Source: a virus (Duplodnaviria; Heunggongvirae; Uroviricota; Caudoviricetes). From it: a DNA stretch of 64,000 nucleotides. The notes beneath the pieces were generated by a model. That model worked only from the letters and a program-made list of their open reading frames with translations. It did no database searches and was not told the DNA's origin. The number at the start of each line of letters is the position of its first letter. Within the stretch, counting starts at the first letter, position 1. Of the stretch, positions 20,753 to 32,738 are shown in pieces. The translations under genes were made by a program, and so were the position numbers. The stretch lies in IMG/VR virus record IMGVR_UViG_3300013936_000289, positions 152,064-216,063 of that record. One strand, given 5' to 3'.

Positions 20753-22672
20753 TTAACTATATATGACTTTTATTCTGTTTTGTAATTCAGGTGAATATTG
20801 ATCTTTTGTTTGTTGATAAAGATTACCGAAACACCCATCCAATATATATGTTGTACAATAATCATGTTCATTTCTTACGCCTCTACCAATAGCCTGAATT
20901 ATCACATTACTTGTCGTACTGTTATACCATAAAGGGAATAATTCTAATTTCTTCTTTACTATCTTACTTGTTATATTAGGATATGGAACTTTCATCAATA
21001 TAATGAATCTACAATAATCATTCGGTAAATCTATACCTTCCGTTAATGTTGGACCAACTAATATGCCATTCAATGATTTCTTAAAATCAGGCATTATCTC
21101 TTCCTTTTGCTTTGGTGTTCCATATAAGAATAATCTTTTTTGAATTTCTCGTGGACATGCATTATAAAAGAATCTTGCATTCTCATATGACCCTGTATGA
21201 ATTATACCTCTGTTATTAATATGTGCATTTATAATCTTACATGACATCTGTTGAATAAACGGAAAATCATGTTGTTTATTGGCATAATTCATTTTATATT
21301 TTGGTATGTAATATATAGGTGAATGTGTAAAATCAAATGTAGACGGAATCTTTGAGAAAAAAGACTCATGTTGTTTTGTATACTTTATCCCTATATTCTC
21401 ATCGAAAGCATGATGCGATCCAACAGTCGCTGATAGTAAAACTTTATTATTAGCATGTGATAAAAGATACTCACTACAAAGATAATCCTCTTTAGCACAA
21501 TTAAACTGAAATATTCGTTCTCTTGTTTCTGGATTGATATTAACTTCCATTAACATATATTCAATTCCTGATTTCTTTATAGCTTCCATAAAGTCCTCAA
21601 AAGAATTTCCGAATGTTTGAAACCATGTTAATCTCTTAGATAATGTTTCTAATCCTTTATCCATATTCCTTGTATTGAATAATGATTCATGTTGAATTTC
21701 ATCTTCCATTGATTCATTCACAACAGAAACAATAGAGAGAATATCTCGAAACATTTTTAATAAGTCTAAAATCTGTTTAGCATTATCATGATAAAAATTA
21801 AGACCTGTAAATATAATATCCAACCTATCTTTAATAATAGAGTTATCAAACATGTTTGTATATCTATTATCCTTATTCTTCTCATATATCTTTAAATAAT
21901 AATCATATTTATATAATTCTGGATCTATATGTTTTAATATAGTTTTAATCTCAATATTGTTTTCCTCTGCGTAATTAAGAATATCCATTATTTTATTTAC
22001 ATGAGATTGATCCCTTAATGTTGGCGCACAGAATTGTTGAACCAAATCAGGAATATTATGGCACTCATCACAAAATATTACATCTCTCTTCGGAAATGGA
22101 TGTGAACCAGCTGCTTTTGAATTAACTAGATTCATATGATGAAGCCAAAGTTGATATGTCATAAGTGTAACGTTTGAACGTTCAGCTCTGAATCTATCTT
22201 GCATATATTTACATCTCTCAACGCATGTAAACATATTTCGTTCTCGCCAATTCTTATCTTTTAATTGTCCATATGAAACTTTCGCTAACTTGCAACGTCC
22301 ACAACTTAAATCTTGTTTATTAACAAAGCATGTATAATTTCCTATTGCACCTTTTATATATCCGAATTCCCTTAATGATTTCTTATCTATAAAATCCGCG
22401 TATTGTTGCCAAAGGAAAAGATCTGAACATAATATATATGATGACTTCTTATAATATGTTGATAAAACACCTGCAGATATAATACAGATAAGTGATTTAC
22501 CTGAACCAGTTGGAGCCTCGATAATTGAAGTTTCCCTATCATCATTAAGAATAGATTTAATAATAAACATTATAGATTCCAACTAATATTTTCTAAATGT
22601 AAAATCTAATCCTAAATGGTCTTCAACCCAACATACTATATTTTGTTTTATTGATTCTATCGTATATTCCAT
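20753..22672 (-). CDS. DinG/Rad3(XPD)-like SF2 helicase (639 aa, TAG=Gln)
   Basis: Q motif FRKY-TAG(Q) at 22583-22585, Walker A EAPTGSGKS, DECH, LSAT, EGID and QAIGRGVR motifs; Fe-S-type cysteines. Confidence 0.92.
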
Positions 22673-22733
22673 TAATAACTATAAAATTATAGATTTATAT
22701 ATTATATAATAAAAAGATGAAAAAGTTATAATA

Positions 22734-22768
22734 AAAAGAAAAGGAGAATTAAAAATAATTCTCCTTTT
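22734..22768 (-). terminator. intrinsic terminator
   Basis: aaaaggagaatt / aattctcctttt stem. Confidence 0.7.
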
Positions 22769-22771
22769 ATA

Positions 22772-23803
22772 TTAAGATGTTACCTGTTTAATTTTATATT
22801 TACCGGTTAATGTAGTATCACTAAAATTAACCTTAAAATCATATATATAAGTTGAACCTAAAACTTTATAAAAATAAATATCATCTCCAACACTTATAGT
22901 AGTAGTTCTACTATCTCCATTATAAACATTTACAGCCTGAGGCATACTTAAAATATAATAATTTCCAAAGCCTCCAACATTTATACCACTTACATGTTCT
23001 AGGTTACTACTAATTTGACTAACAGTAAGTTCTGTATTAAATGTATATTTATTATCTGTATAAAAACCTAATATATATGAACGTGTACTTCCAATTAAGT
23101 TCTATGAATCAATTTGTAAATAGGTCCCTGTAAACTATTGTATATCAGCAACAGAGTCATTAAATAATGCATAAGTATTATTTTCATTATAACTAGTTGT
23201 TATATTTAAATATAGATATGGAACTGGAGCTTTATATGTCTATGATATTTTAAATAATGGTAATTTATTTAAACTAAATGTAACAGTTCTACTATTACTA
23301 AATGTATTTAAACTATAATATATTAAAGCACCCGTATTATCATCAGTTTGTCCTTTTATATATCCCGTACATCCAAGAGTATCGCATGTTAAAGCAATAC
23401 TTGTATCATCATTTATTGTATTTAATGATAAACCGGTTTTTAATTTATTTTTAAAATTTCCATCTGTATCTGTATATCCTAAATATACATAATTTGATTT
23501 TAATATACTAGCTGTTTTATTTAAACATCTATTAGATATGGCAGTTCCTGTTGTTGCTGCTAATGTTATTGTATAAGGGCAATCTTGCCATTTTATATAA
23601 CTTCTAGAACTACTGGAACTACTTGGATCTTTTATAATAAAACTACTATCTACTAATTCACCAATAGACGTATTTAAACTTGGATTTATACTTGGACCTG
23701 GTAATTCACAATCAATATCACCTGGACCAATCCATGATGACTACTAAGGTCCATTTAAATCAGGTAAACTAGAATTAGAACCATATATAATATTATTCAA
23801 CAT
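22772..23803 (-). CDS. BACON-like putative structural protein (343 aa, TAG=Gln)
   Basis: Manual read-through ORF absent from the track; TCDTLGCTGYIKG..NSRTVTF..LFKISQ is similar to the 1-904 protein. Confidence 0.6.
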
Positions 23804-23866
23804 AGATTATTCAAAACTTTCTGTATCTATATTGACTTATGAAATTCTATGTATTATTTTACGTAA

Positions 23867-26140
23867 TTAACCCTCGCTATAACATGCAATATTTCCCCAA
23901 TTTTGTTTAGTATTAACATGTCCATAAGAAAGTATACCTATATATATTAATGAACCATTTACTTTTGTAAAAATATATATCTAATACATCATATCTGTAT
24001 AAAATTCATTTAAATTAATGATATTTCCATTTATATCATTACAAACATTATTCAAATCTATAACATAATAATCTTTATATACACTTATTATATCATAATA
24101 ATGATTATTATTTTTAAACTATAATGTATCATATATTTCTCTAAATGTTTTAATTTCATTTATAGACGAATTTTTTGGATGAAATACAAGACCCATTATT
24201 TTATTCATATTAAAATTATAAGTACCTGAAGGAATATTATACTTTTTATAATTTTTTCCAGAATTTATTATTTTATTCGCAATATCAATATCATGTATAT
24301 CATTATCATTACCTCGTTCATTCATTGCAACAAAGTATAAATCAAATGTTCCAAATTGTTTATTTTTAAATGTTGCATTTATTGTTTCCGTTTCTGTTAT
24401 TGTATCACCAGAATTATCATAATAACTGTCATTTGTATCTCCATACCAATGACACCAGCAAATCCAATATGTATTATATGTGCAAGCCTATAAAGACGTA
24501 TAATAATAATTAAATAAACCCAAATATCCATTTTGTCCCATTGTTCCGCCAAAATTAATAACGCCAACTTTATTATATTTAGAATCCTTTACAATATATA
24601 CATATATATTCTAATTTTCTTCAACGTTAGTTATTGTTTCAGCAGAATAATTATAAACTTTCAAATTTGTCCAATCCTATAAATATATATCTTTATATGT
24701 TTCTTTAAATAATGTTGATGTTAATGTGGTACCAACAGGTTTTAACTAATGCCATATATCATCATTATCATCATTTAAATCACTTATATTATTTTCTGGA
24801 ATTTTATCTGTATTTTTATCTAGACGTATACATGCAACAATTCGTCCATTACTAATATCATCATTACTGCCGTAACTATGTAATTTTACAGTACTACATA
24901 CAGTAAATGATGTTTTTATATTTGCAGTCGTTCCTATATCAGAATTAAATAAATATATATTATATCCTGATGTTTCTTTATAATTCTATAAATTCTCTAA
25001 TTTACATATTTTTATAGATGTTTTATAATCTTTCTATGATTCTGAATATTTAACCTTTATAAAATCAATATTATTATATTTAAATGTTATTACTTGATTT
25101 ATATCAACCGTTTGCGGCTGTGTTATAATCATGAGATATGCTGTATTTGTTGTTGTAGCAGTATTATTATCTGTTATTACCATATTATATCCTTCTGGTT
25201 CTGATTCAAATGTATAAGAACTATCTGAATTTTTTAAATTACCATTTATATTATTATTACTATCTCTTAATCCAAATAATAAAGGATTCTCACTCATATT
25301 TGTTCTGTCACTAAATATATAGTTACTATTTTTATGAATATAATATATTTTGTTACTATCTAATATATCATACTTTATAACACCATTTTCAACAGATTTA
25401 TATTTAATAATAACTGGTTCTTCGCTATAATTACCTGCATTTTGAGTAATTCCTATTTTTAAATCTGATTCTATACCATCAATGCAAAATATAATATTTG
25501 CTGTTCTTTGAGGACCTGAATTTTGCTCACACGTTATCATAGGAACAATAGTTCTTTCATTATCTTCACTACTAAAATTATCAGAATTTAATTTATATGG
25601 AGTTCCCAACTATAATGGTGAATTTAAAGGATGTTCAAAAACAACATGACACCAACTCTAATCTATTTTAGCAGTTATTGCAATAATATTATTGTTATTA
25701 TTTATAATATTATCACCTTCTTGTATAACTATAATATGCTCTTCATCAACTTTATTAGTACACCCAGAATTACCTATTATTACGTGATATGGTTCCTAAC
25801 CATTTTGTGCAATAGTATATTGCTATAAATTATCTTCTTCCAACAATACAGGTTCTTCCTCAACATCTGGTTCAGGATCTGGACTATCACCTAATATCAA
25901 TAATATAGGTGTTAAATTATCACTCGCTAATTGAGATGATTCACTACCACTTGAATTTGATGAAGTATTTCCCGATGTAGAACTACCACTTAAAGATGAA
26001 CCTCCGTCTCCTCCAGAACCCGTAGTTTCATCTCTATTTTGTGAAAAATTCAAGTTTCCTTCTGCTGAACTTATAGTAGACTATATTGAAATTTTATCTT
26101 CATCATTCTAAATTATATTATTCACATTGTTATCTTCCAT
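23867..26140 (-). CDS. large BACON-domain putative structural/adhesion protein (757 aa, TAG=Gln)
   Basis: Joins three track ORFs through TAG codons; Ser/Gly linker; WCHV..CEQNSGPQRTANIIF..IGITQ BACON-like pattern. Confidence 0.65.
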
Positions 26141-26228
26141 AAATTAAAATATTCATACAATATTTCATTATTTATTTTAAATAATAAAGGGATATAGATT
26201 CATATAATTTAATCTATATCCCTTTATC

Positions 26229-27074
26229 TTAATCCAATATATATGTCACAGTTCCTAAATAATCAACTTTTTGAATACATGTATAATGTTCTTTATTTAT
26301 TGTATAATAACAAATAAATTTCTTATTTTCATCTTTTTCATTTTTCTTACATAACTCACAAATTAATTTCTTATCTACATCACTACCGGCAAATAATGTC
26401 AATTGTTGAGTTAAATAATTATACATATTATTAGCTGTATATTTTATCATATGAAGTTTAGATTCTCCGTTTTCGTCTCTTTCATCTCCATTATAACATT
26501 TAGATTCATAAAGAGTAACAACGGTATCTTTTTTAATTTTCTTCATATCTTCTAATTTCTATAAAATCTAATCTGTAATAATATCGGTTGCCTCTGTTGT
26601 CTTTACCGTTGAATATTTAATATCATGTTTATTAAGAATATCCTTTAATTCCTAATCTGCTTTCATTGCGGCATCTAATGAATGAACCCTACCATTCTCA
26701 TTATATTCTGTATCTCGTTCAATAAAATAAGTAATGTTATTAAACTTATTAAATTGCTCAATAACAAAGTTCTCGAAATAGTTACTCTCAAATTTCGCAT
26801 AATGAATAGATAATATCAATGGACTATCTGAAATAATTACCTAAACTTTATGATTCAATCTCCATACTCTATGATATTGTTTTCCAAACATATAGATCTA
26901 ATCATCCATTGTAGAGTAACTTCCTTCCCATACTCGATCCTTTGCATATTCCAAAGTTTGTTCACAATCAATTCCTTTCATCTTTAACTTATAGAATATA
27001 CCACTTGCTATAGTTGATTTTCCTGCACATGGTCCTGCAACCAAATTAATTACAATAGTATTTTCGTACTACAT
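26229..27074 (-). CDS. P-loop ATPase/kinase (NadR/AAA_28-like) fused to a 105 aa C-terminal domain (TAG=Gln)
   Basis: ATG-TAG start, INLVAGPCAGKST Walker A, EYAK and ISDSP motifs; continues in frame into track ORF 26229-26546. Confidence 0.75.
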
Positions 27075-27078
27075 ACAC

Positions 27079-27429
27079 TTATCTCTTTATATATTTTTGT
27101 ATAAAATTTATATCATTCGTAAGATAATAACATCCGTCTATATATAGAAAATAGGTATCATCAATTCCTAGACAATTAATTTTTGTAATATTCTGAACTT
27201 TAACTATATTTTTATAATTTATTAATTGATTCATCCTATTACACATATAATACCTAAGTTCATCCATGATACAATCATGTTCTTTAATAATTCTATTTAA
27301 ATCCTTGTAATTATACACTGCACTTATATCAACATTTTCTTTATCTAATAAAGATATTAATTCATAAGTGACAGGTGATATTATAGTAACTCTCAAGAAA
27401 TTATCATTATTATCTTTAAACTTAATCAT
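27079..27429 (-). CDS. hypothetical protein
   Basis: 116 aa; loosely similar to 27433-27831. Confidence 0.65.
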   Translation of the reverse strand: MIKFKDNNDNFLRVTIISPVTYELISLLDKENVDISAVYNYKDLNRIIKEHDCIMDELRYYMCNRMNQLINYKNIVKVQNITKINCLGIDDTYFLYIDGCYYLTNDINFIQKYIKR

Positions 27430-27432
27430 AAT

Positions 27433-27831
27433 TTATTCTTGTAAATTAAACAATTCAAAAAGATTTTCATCAGTTAAATATATAGCATCATATTCTTGTT
27501 GTAAAAATGTAGCCTTAAAGAAATATATAGGTTTATCGCCAACACATGTGAATTTTTCTATCTCGGAAAATTCACATACACTGTTTATAGGTAATATAGT
27601 TCTTTTAATAGTTAATTTATTTCTATTATTTCTATTATTAATAATGTTATCAATAATTGGATGTTCTTTAATAAATCTCTTTATATCAGCATCAGTTGAT
27701 TTCGTAATAACATCAAATAAATTTATATGTTTATAACTGTTCATATTATGAAGAAATTCATACATATTATATTCTATCGGAATAACTTCTATATATTTTT
27801 TATTTGACTTTTCTTTTTTAAACTTTATCAT
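27433..27831 (-). CDS. hypothetical protein
   Basis: 132 aa ORF. Confidence 0.65.
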   Translation of the reverse strand: MIKFKKEKSNKKYIEVIPIEYNMYEFLHNMNSYKHINLFDVITKSTDADIKRFIKEHPIIDNIINNRNNRNKLTIKRTILPINSVCEFSEIEKFTCVGDKPIYFFKATFLQQEYDAIYLTDENLFELFNLQE

Positions 27832-28325
27832 TCCACAAACATTTTAATAACCGGTTCAAAAATTTCTACAATCTTTTTCCAATCCACATATGGTCGTTTT
27901 GATTTTCCATATACTAATGGACATCCGACATTCCTGTCATCAATAGAAAATGGAGCATACGCCTTTGGTGAATTTGTCCATTTTTCTTGAGTTGGGTCTT
28001 TACTTATTCCATAAAGTTTAATACCATTTTCTTTACACCATTTAACAGCTTCATCTAAAGTTTCATCAGATCTCATGGTATCCAAAATAATACCTACGTT
28101 ATAATCATTTATCCACCTTTTCAATGTTTCGATACAACCTTCTGCTTCTTCACCAATATTAGGATATTCATGCTTTACCATTGTACCATCAAAATCAACA
28201 CATATGGTTATAGAAGGTTTAGTTTTCATCATACCATCATCTGTTACTCCGGTATCATGAAATGCACCTATCCTATCTTGTATTTCATTCATTTCTCTCT
28301 TAATATCTGTTGATATATCTTTCAT
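27828..28325 (-). CDS. HAD-superfamily hydrolase (BT0820-like)
   Basis: ICVDFDGTM motif I, T-x-R, SPK and IDDRN motifs. Confidence 0.85.
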   Translation of the reverse strand: MKDISTDIKREMNEIQDRIGAFHDTGVTDDGMMKTKPSITICVDFDGTMVKHEYPNIGEEAEGCIETLKRWINDYNVGIILDTMRSDETLDEAVKWCKENGIKLYGISKDPTQEKWTNSPKAYAPFSIDDRNVGCPLVYGKSKRPYVDWKKIVEIFEPVIKMFVE

Positions 28326-28383
28326 TTTAAATAATTCTATTTTTACATATATTATTATATAAAGAAAAAAGGAAATAGTTTAA

Positions 28384-28647
28384 TTACCATTTCCTTTTTG
28401 GACATCCGTCTATCGTTATTCCATTATTATCTAATATAAAATCTACTCTTGTTTTTGCTTTAAGAATACATCCACATAACTCACATATTCCATGTTTATT
28501 ATGTTCACATTTATTACAGATTGCCATTCGCTTTTTTGATAATCGATTTTCCTTGAATGTTACAATATCAAATAGCCATTTACTGTAACCTTCTATTATA
28601 TAAAATATATTCTATAAAAATAAAATCAAATATGTTAATGGATTCAT
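28384..28647 (-). CDS. small Cys-rich zinc-binding phage protein (87 aa, TAG=Gln)
   Basis: Manual ORF: ICNKC..CELCGC.LKAK..CP..KW. Confidence 0.7.
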
Positions 28648-28675
28648 CGTTAATTACTAAGTCTTTAAATATTTA

Positions 28676-28975
28676 TTAAAATATCTTAGTAATAAAATCC
28701 TTGGCATATTTGAGTTGTTTTAATATATATTTATGCTTTATATCTTTACTTGTAGAGTTATTAATATCAAAATGCCGGATATTTTCTTCAAAATCTGAAC
28801 CTTCTGCTATCTCCGATATTCCATATTTATTGACTATAAATATATGTGCTGTAATTCTTGTTCCTGTTGATTGCACAAGAATTTTAAATATTTTATTCTT
28901 ATATTTAACAAACTCGCAATAGTAATCTGTATATTCATAACTTTTTGATAAAGTTATCATTTTATTTTGTATCAT
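28676..28975 (-). CDS. hypothetical protein
   Basis: 99 aa ORF. Confidence 0.6.
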   Translation of the reverse strand: MIQNKMITLSKSYEYTDYYCEFVKYKNKIFKILVQSTGTRITAHIFIVNKYGISEIAEGSDFEENIRHFDINNSTSKDIKHKYILKQLKYAKDFITKIF

Positions 28976-29280
28976 AAATTAATACTATTAGTTACTTTAT
29001 TATTTTTATGTAATTTATTATCTATTTTTAATTCTTCATCAATATTTTTAATTAATGATTCTATAATCCTTTTAGGTGTACAAATAAATAAAATAATAAT
29101 AAGTAAAAACGGCCAAAATGTTATTGTTAAAAATACAGATTCATTTTCTGAATTAGCACGTTTATCTCTTATATATTCATCTCTCATATTTAAGAAGTTA
29201 TACCGATAACAAATTCCAAATATTGTTATTCCAAATGCTATATAAAAACATAAAAATATAATATATATAAATGTCGTCAT
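28972..29280 (-). CDS. hypothetical membrane protein
   Basis: Two hydrophobic segments; TITFWPF motif. Confidence 0.65.
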   Translation of the reverse strand: MTTFIYIIFLCFYIAFGITIFGICYRYNFLNMRDEYIRDKRANSENESVFLTITFWPFLLIIILFICTPKRIIESLIKNIDEELKIDNKLHKNNKVTNSINL

Positions 29281-29425
29281 AATTTAAATCTTTTAATATT
29301 CTACCTTACCTATTATTAAATATTCTATAATTATAAAAATGTCTTATTTAATGTATTATTTATTATAAATTTACATTGTATATCATCATATAAATATAAA
29401 AATAAAATTTAATTTATGTAAAATT

Positions 29426-29928
29426 ATGAATTCTATACAAAAGAAAACATTATATGAAAATATAATAAAATCTATTTCTAAATCTGTAAAGAAATCAATT
29501 AATGAAACAATCAATTATAATATAAATATTTTTATCATGCAACTCCATCTTGTTATTTGCGTTCAATAAAGAAAAATGGGTTAGGTGCAAAAGTACCAAA
29601 GAAACGATTTTGGAATTATGAAAATACTCCATATGAAAATATAAAGTACGGGGTATTTTTAGCAACAGATGAATATGTTGCAGAATCATATTTAGATAGC
29701 TCTGATGAATTTGAAGAATTTGCAGAAGAATATGAAGATAGATATGAAAAAGAATTAGAAATTATTGTATTTAGAATTAAAACATCTGATATTGATTTAA
29801 ATAAACTTTCTTTAGATCAAAACAACATATATGATGAAAATGATGAAGAATCTGAAGATGAAAGAGATCCAACATATTTTTATAATGGAATAATACCTTA
29901 TAATAAATTAGAAATAATAGAATTATAA
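29426..29928 (+). pseudogene. frameshifted gene: LYE-helix leader plus ADP-ribosyltransferase-like domain
   Basis: The leader MNSIQKKTLYENIIKSISKSVKKSINE (frame of 29426) stops at TAA about 29567. The domain YFYHAT..LRSIKKNGL..GVFLA lies in another frame, open from 29521 with no ATG. Confidence 0.55.
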
Positions 29929-30002
29929 ATTTTTAAAAATAGAGAATATTTACTAATTAATGTTAGATATTCTCTATTTTTCTTTTTTATATATAAACAA
30001 AA

Positions 30003-30014
30003 TATGTATCTTCG
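30003..30014 (+). promoter_or_regulatory. Bacteroidota sigma-A-type -7 element variant (TATGTATCTTCG) upstream of the radical SAM operon
   Basis: One mismatch to the TATGTATCTTTG found upstream of several other genes. Confidence 0.5.
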
Positions 30015-30058
30015 TGATATTAAATTTAAATTTATTAATTTTTTAAAATAAAGAAATT

Positions 30059-30943
30059 ATGCCAAGTTATAAGAATGGTAATTATATCGTAACAATTTTG
30101 GGTGATGGAACAAAAATTCGTCGTACAAATGATGATGAGTTTATTCCAGCATATAGTGAAAATGTAGACTGTAAATTAACAGATAAGTGTAATATAGGCT
30201 GTGCGTTTTGTTATGAAGGATGTTCGCCACATGGGAAACATGGTAACTTGTTTACATATCCATTTATAAATACACTTCATCCATATACAGAAATTGCATT
30301 GAATGGTAATGACCTTGATCACCCTGATCTTGATAAGTTCCTTAATTTTCTTAAATCGAAAAAAGTATTTGCTAATATTACAGTAAATCAAAAACAATTC
30401 TTTGATAATTATGATAAATTAAAGGATTGGTCTGATAATAAACTCGTATATGGTATTGGTGTTTCGTTGGTAAAACCATCTGATGAACTTATCCAGAAAA
30501 TGAATAGTATTCCTAATACAGTTCTTCATACTATTGTAGGTATTCTTACAGAAGATGATATTAATAAGTTGGCAAATCATAATCTTAAAGTTCTTCTCCT
30601 TGGATATAAAGATTTACAACGAGGAGTTAATTTCCATAAGGAACATAATGATATGATTGAAACAAATCGTAAATATATCTTTGATAATCTTAAGGAAATT
30701 ACGGAGAAGTTTAAAGTATTAAGTTTTGATAATCTAGCAATTAAGCAACTTGATGTAAAACGTATTATGTCCGATGATGAATGGAATGAATTCTACATGG
30801 GAGATGATGGTGGTTATACATTTTATATTGATTTAGTAAAGGGTGAATTTGCAAAGAATTCAATTTCTAAAGAAAGATTCCCTATAGGTGATAAGACTAT
30901 GGATGAAATGTTTCAATTTATTAGAAACAAATATAATAAGTAA
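30059..30943 (+). CDS. radical SAM enzyme (294 aa, no SPASM domain)
   Basis: CNIGCAFC CX3CX2C motif, LNGN (GGE-equivalent position) and NITVN; no cysteines after residue 55. Confidence 0.92.
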   Translation: MPSYKNGNYIVTILGDGTKIRRTNDDEFIPAYSENVDCKLTDKCNIGCAFCYEGCSPHGKHGNLFTYPFINTLHPYTEIALNGNDLDHPDLDKFLNFLKSKKVFANITVNQKQFFDNYDKLKDWSDNKLVYGIGVSLVKPSDELIQKMNSIPNTVLHTIVGILTEDDINKLANHNLKVLLLGYKDLQRGVNFHKEHNDMIETNRKYIFDNLKEITEKFKVLSFDNLAIKQLDVKRIMSDDEWNEFYMGDDGGYTFYIDLVKGEFAKNSISKERFPIGDKTMDEMFQFIRNKYNK

Positions 30944-30966
30944 TAATATAAAACAATAGGAAAATT

Positions 30967-31467
30967 ATGAAAATTCAAATAAGGCATAGTGTATTTGAAA
31001 CTAATTCAAGTTCAACACATACATTAACTATATGTACAAAACCTGTAGATGATAAAATTCTTAAATTATATGCAGGAACTACACTTAAATTTGGTTTACC
31101 TTGGCGAGAAAGAGATAAAGGTAATCATTTTCAAGATAGATTAGATAACTTATTTGACTATATGACATTTAGTGATAATCTATCTCATTTTATGTCTACT
31201 AAATATCGCATTGAAAAAGTATTATCTAAATATGATATTAATTGTGTATTCCTTATTTCAGAAACGGGAGAATATGATAATTATAGCTATGGGTATGAAG
31301 ATGTATTTAATGACCTATTTGATGAAAAAGATGAAGACTTTGAGCAATTATTGTTAGAATATATTTTTAATGATGAATCAAAAGTTGACATATTTGATAG
31401 GGATTATTTCAATTACGATAAAGATTTAAATCATGAACATACAAAAATTTATATAGAACCAGATTAA
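30967..31467 (+). CDS. VFETNSSSTH-motif protein 1 (166 aa)
   Basis: N-terminus MKIQIRHSVFETNSSSTHTLTI. Confidence 0.85.
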   Translation: MKIQIRHSVFETNSSSTHTLTICTKPVDDKILKLYAGTTLKFGLPWRERDKGNHFQDRLDNLFDYMTFSDNLSHFMSTKYRIEKVLSKYDINCVFLISETGEYDNYSYGYEDVFNDLFDEKDEDFEQLLLEYIFNDESKVDIFDRDYFNYDKDLNHEHTKIYIEPD

Positions 31468-32132
31468 TGAAAGTACAAATTAGAAGAGGGGTGTTTGAAA
31501 CGAACTCAAGTTCAACACATTCTTTACAAATTACACATGGAACAATTAATGATGTAAAAGATATTGTATATAAAGCTATTTTTGAGCAATATAAGGATAA
31601 TATGGACTGTGGTATATTTAATCCAAAGGATTATATTATAGAACATACATTTATTCTTCGTGGTATTGATTTCGAAAATGGTGATGAAATGACTAATATT
31701 TATTATATCATTAATAATTGGGTTGCTAAACTTCAATATATTGCAATGGAATTAAATAATAATGCATATTATATTGAAGATTATAATAGAGCTGAATATA
31801 GAAACCATTATTTTGAGGATAATCATGATGATTGGTTAGAAGATACAGAAGTATATAAGAAGTTTGTAGAGTATATAAAGAAGATTGCAAAACAACATGA
31901 GTATGATATTCAAGATGTTAAGAATCAACTTGAATATGGTTCATATGTTGAATTTACAAAAAATACAGATACAAATAAAAAGTTTTTTGAAAATATTGGT
32001 GAAAATGGTGGTTGGTTAACAGTAGAAAAATTCAATGAATATTTTTGGAATATTATGGATGATAATAATACTATTACTTATGCCGATGAAGCTTATGCAC
32101 TTTATTATAAACCAAAGATTTATATTATTTAA
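31467..32132 (+). CDS. VFETNSSSTH-motif protein 2 (221 aa)
   Basis: N-terminus MKVQIRRGVFETNSSSTHSLQI; TAATG coupling to the upstream gene. Confidence 0.85.
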   Translation: MKVQIRRGVFETNSSSTHSLQITHGTINDVKDIVYKAIFEQYKDNMDCGIFNPKDYIIEHTFILRGIDFENGDEMTNIYYIINNWVAKLQYIAMELNNNAYYIEDYNRAEYRNHYFEDNHDDWLEDTEVYKKFVEYIKKIAKQHEYDIQDVKNQLEYGSYVEFTKNTDTNKKFFENIGENGGWLTVEKFNEYFWNIMDDNNTITYADEAYALYYKPKIYII

Positions 32133-32156
32133 TAATTATTAATTTTATAAAATAAA

Positions 32157-32720
32157 ATGAAAGTACAAGTTAGACGTAGTGTATTTGAAACAAATTCAAG
32201 TTCAACACATTCTATTTCCATTATTAAGAAATCTGATATTAATGAATTTCCTGATAAAGTAATATTTGGTAAAGGCGAATTTGGATGGGATTTTGATATT
32301 CATTTTGACACTGCTACTAAAGCAGAATATCTATGGGAAGCAATTACAAGTTGTTATTGGAATAATATTGATAAAGTAAATAATGCAATTAAATCAATTA
32401 CAGATATTCTTGCAAAACATAATATTAAAGCACTATTTCCATATGCTGCTAATATGAAAGTTAAAGTTCATAAATATGATGATGGTAGTGAATATACTTA
32501 TATTAAATTTATGAATAATGATGATGAAGAAGATAGTGGTTATATAGATCATGGAAATGAAGTAGGTGATTTTCTCGAAGATGTTATAAGTAATGATAAA
32601 AAACTTATGAATTATTTGTTTGATTATAATAGTTATGTATCAACAGGTAATGATAATAGTGATGAAGAGTTGGATTGTCCAAATTTTGGAAAATCATGGG
32701 AATACTATAAGAGTAATTAA
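32157..32720 (+). CDS. VFETNSSSTH-motif protein 3 (187 aa)
   Basis: N-terminus MKVQVRRSVFETNSSSTHSISI. Confidence 0.85.
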   Translation: MKVQVRRSVFETNSSSTHSISIIKKSDINEFPDKVIFGKGEFGWDFDIHFDTATKAEYLWEAITSCYWNNIDKVNNAIKSITDILAKHNIKALFPYAANMKVKVHKYDDGSEYTYIKFMNNDDEEDSGYIDHGNEVGDFLEDVISNDKKLMNYLFDYNSYVSTGNDNSDEELDCPNFGKSWEYYKSN

Positions 32721-32738
32721 AATATATAATAATATATA

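Noticed and set aside
22772-26140. Decayed pseudogenes or non-coding DNA in ORF-poor stretches (also 1-900, 34385-35518, 47791-48924, 53509-55716, 62600-64000)
   Set aside because: Each is a single uninterrupted frame when TAG is read as Gln.
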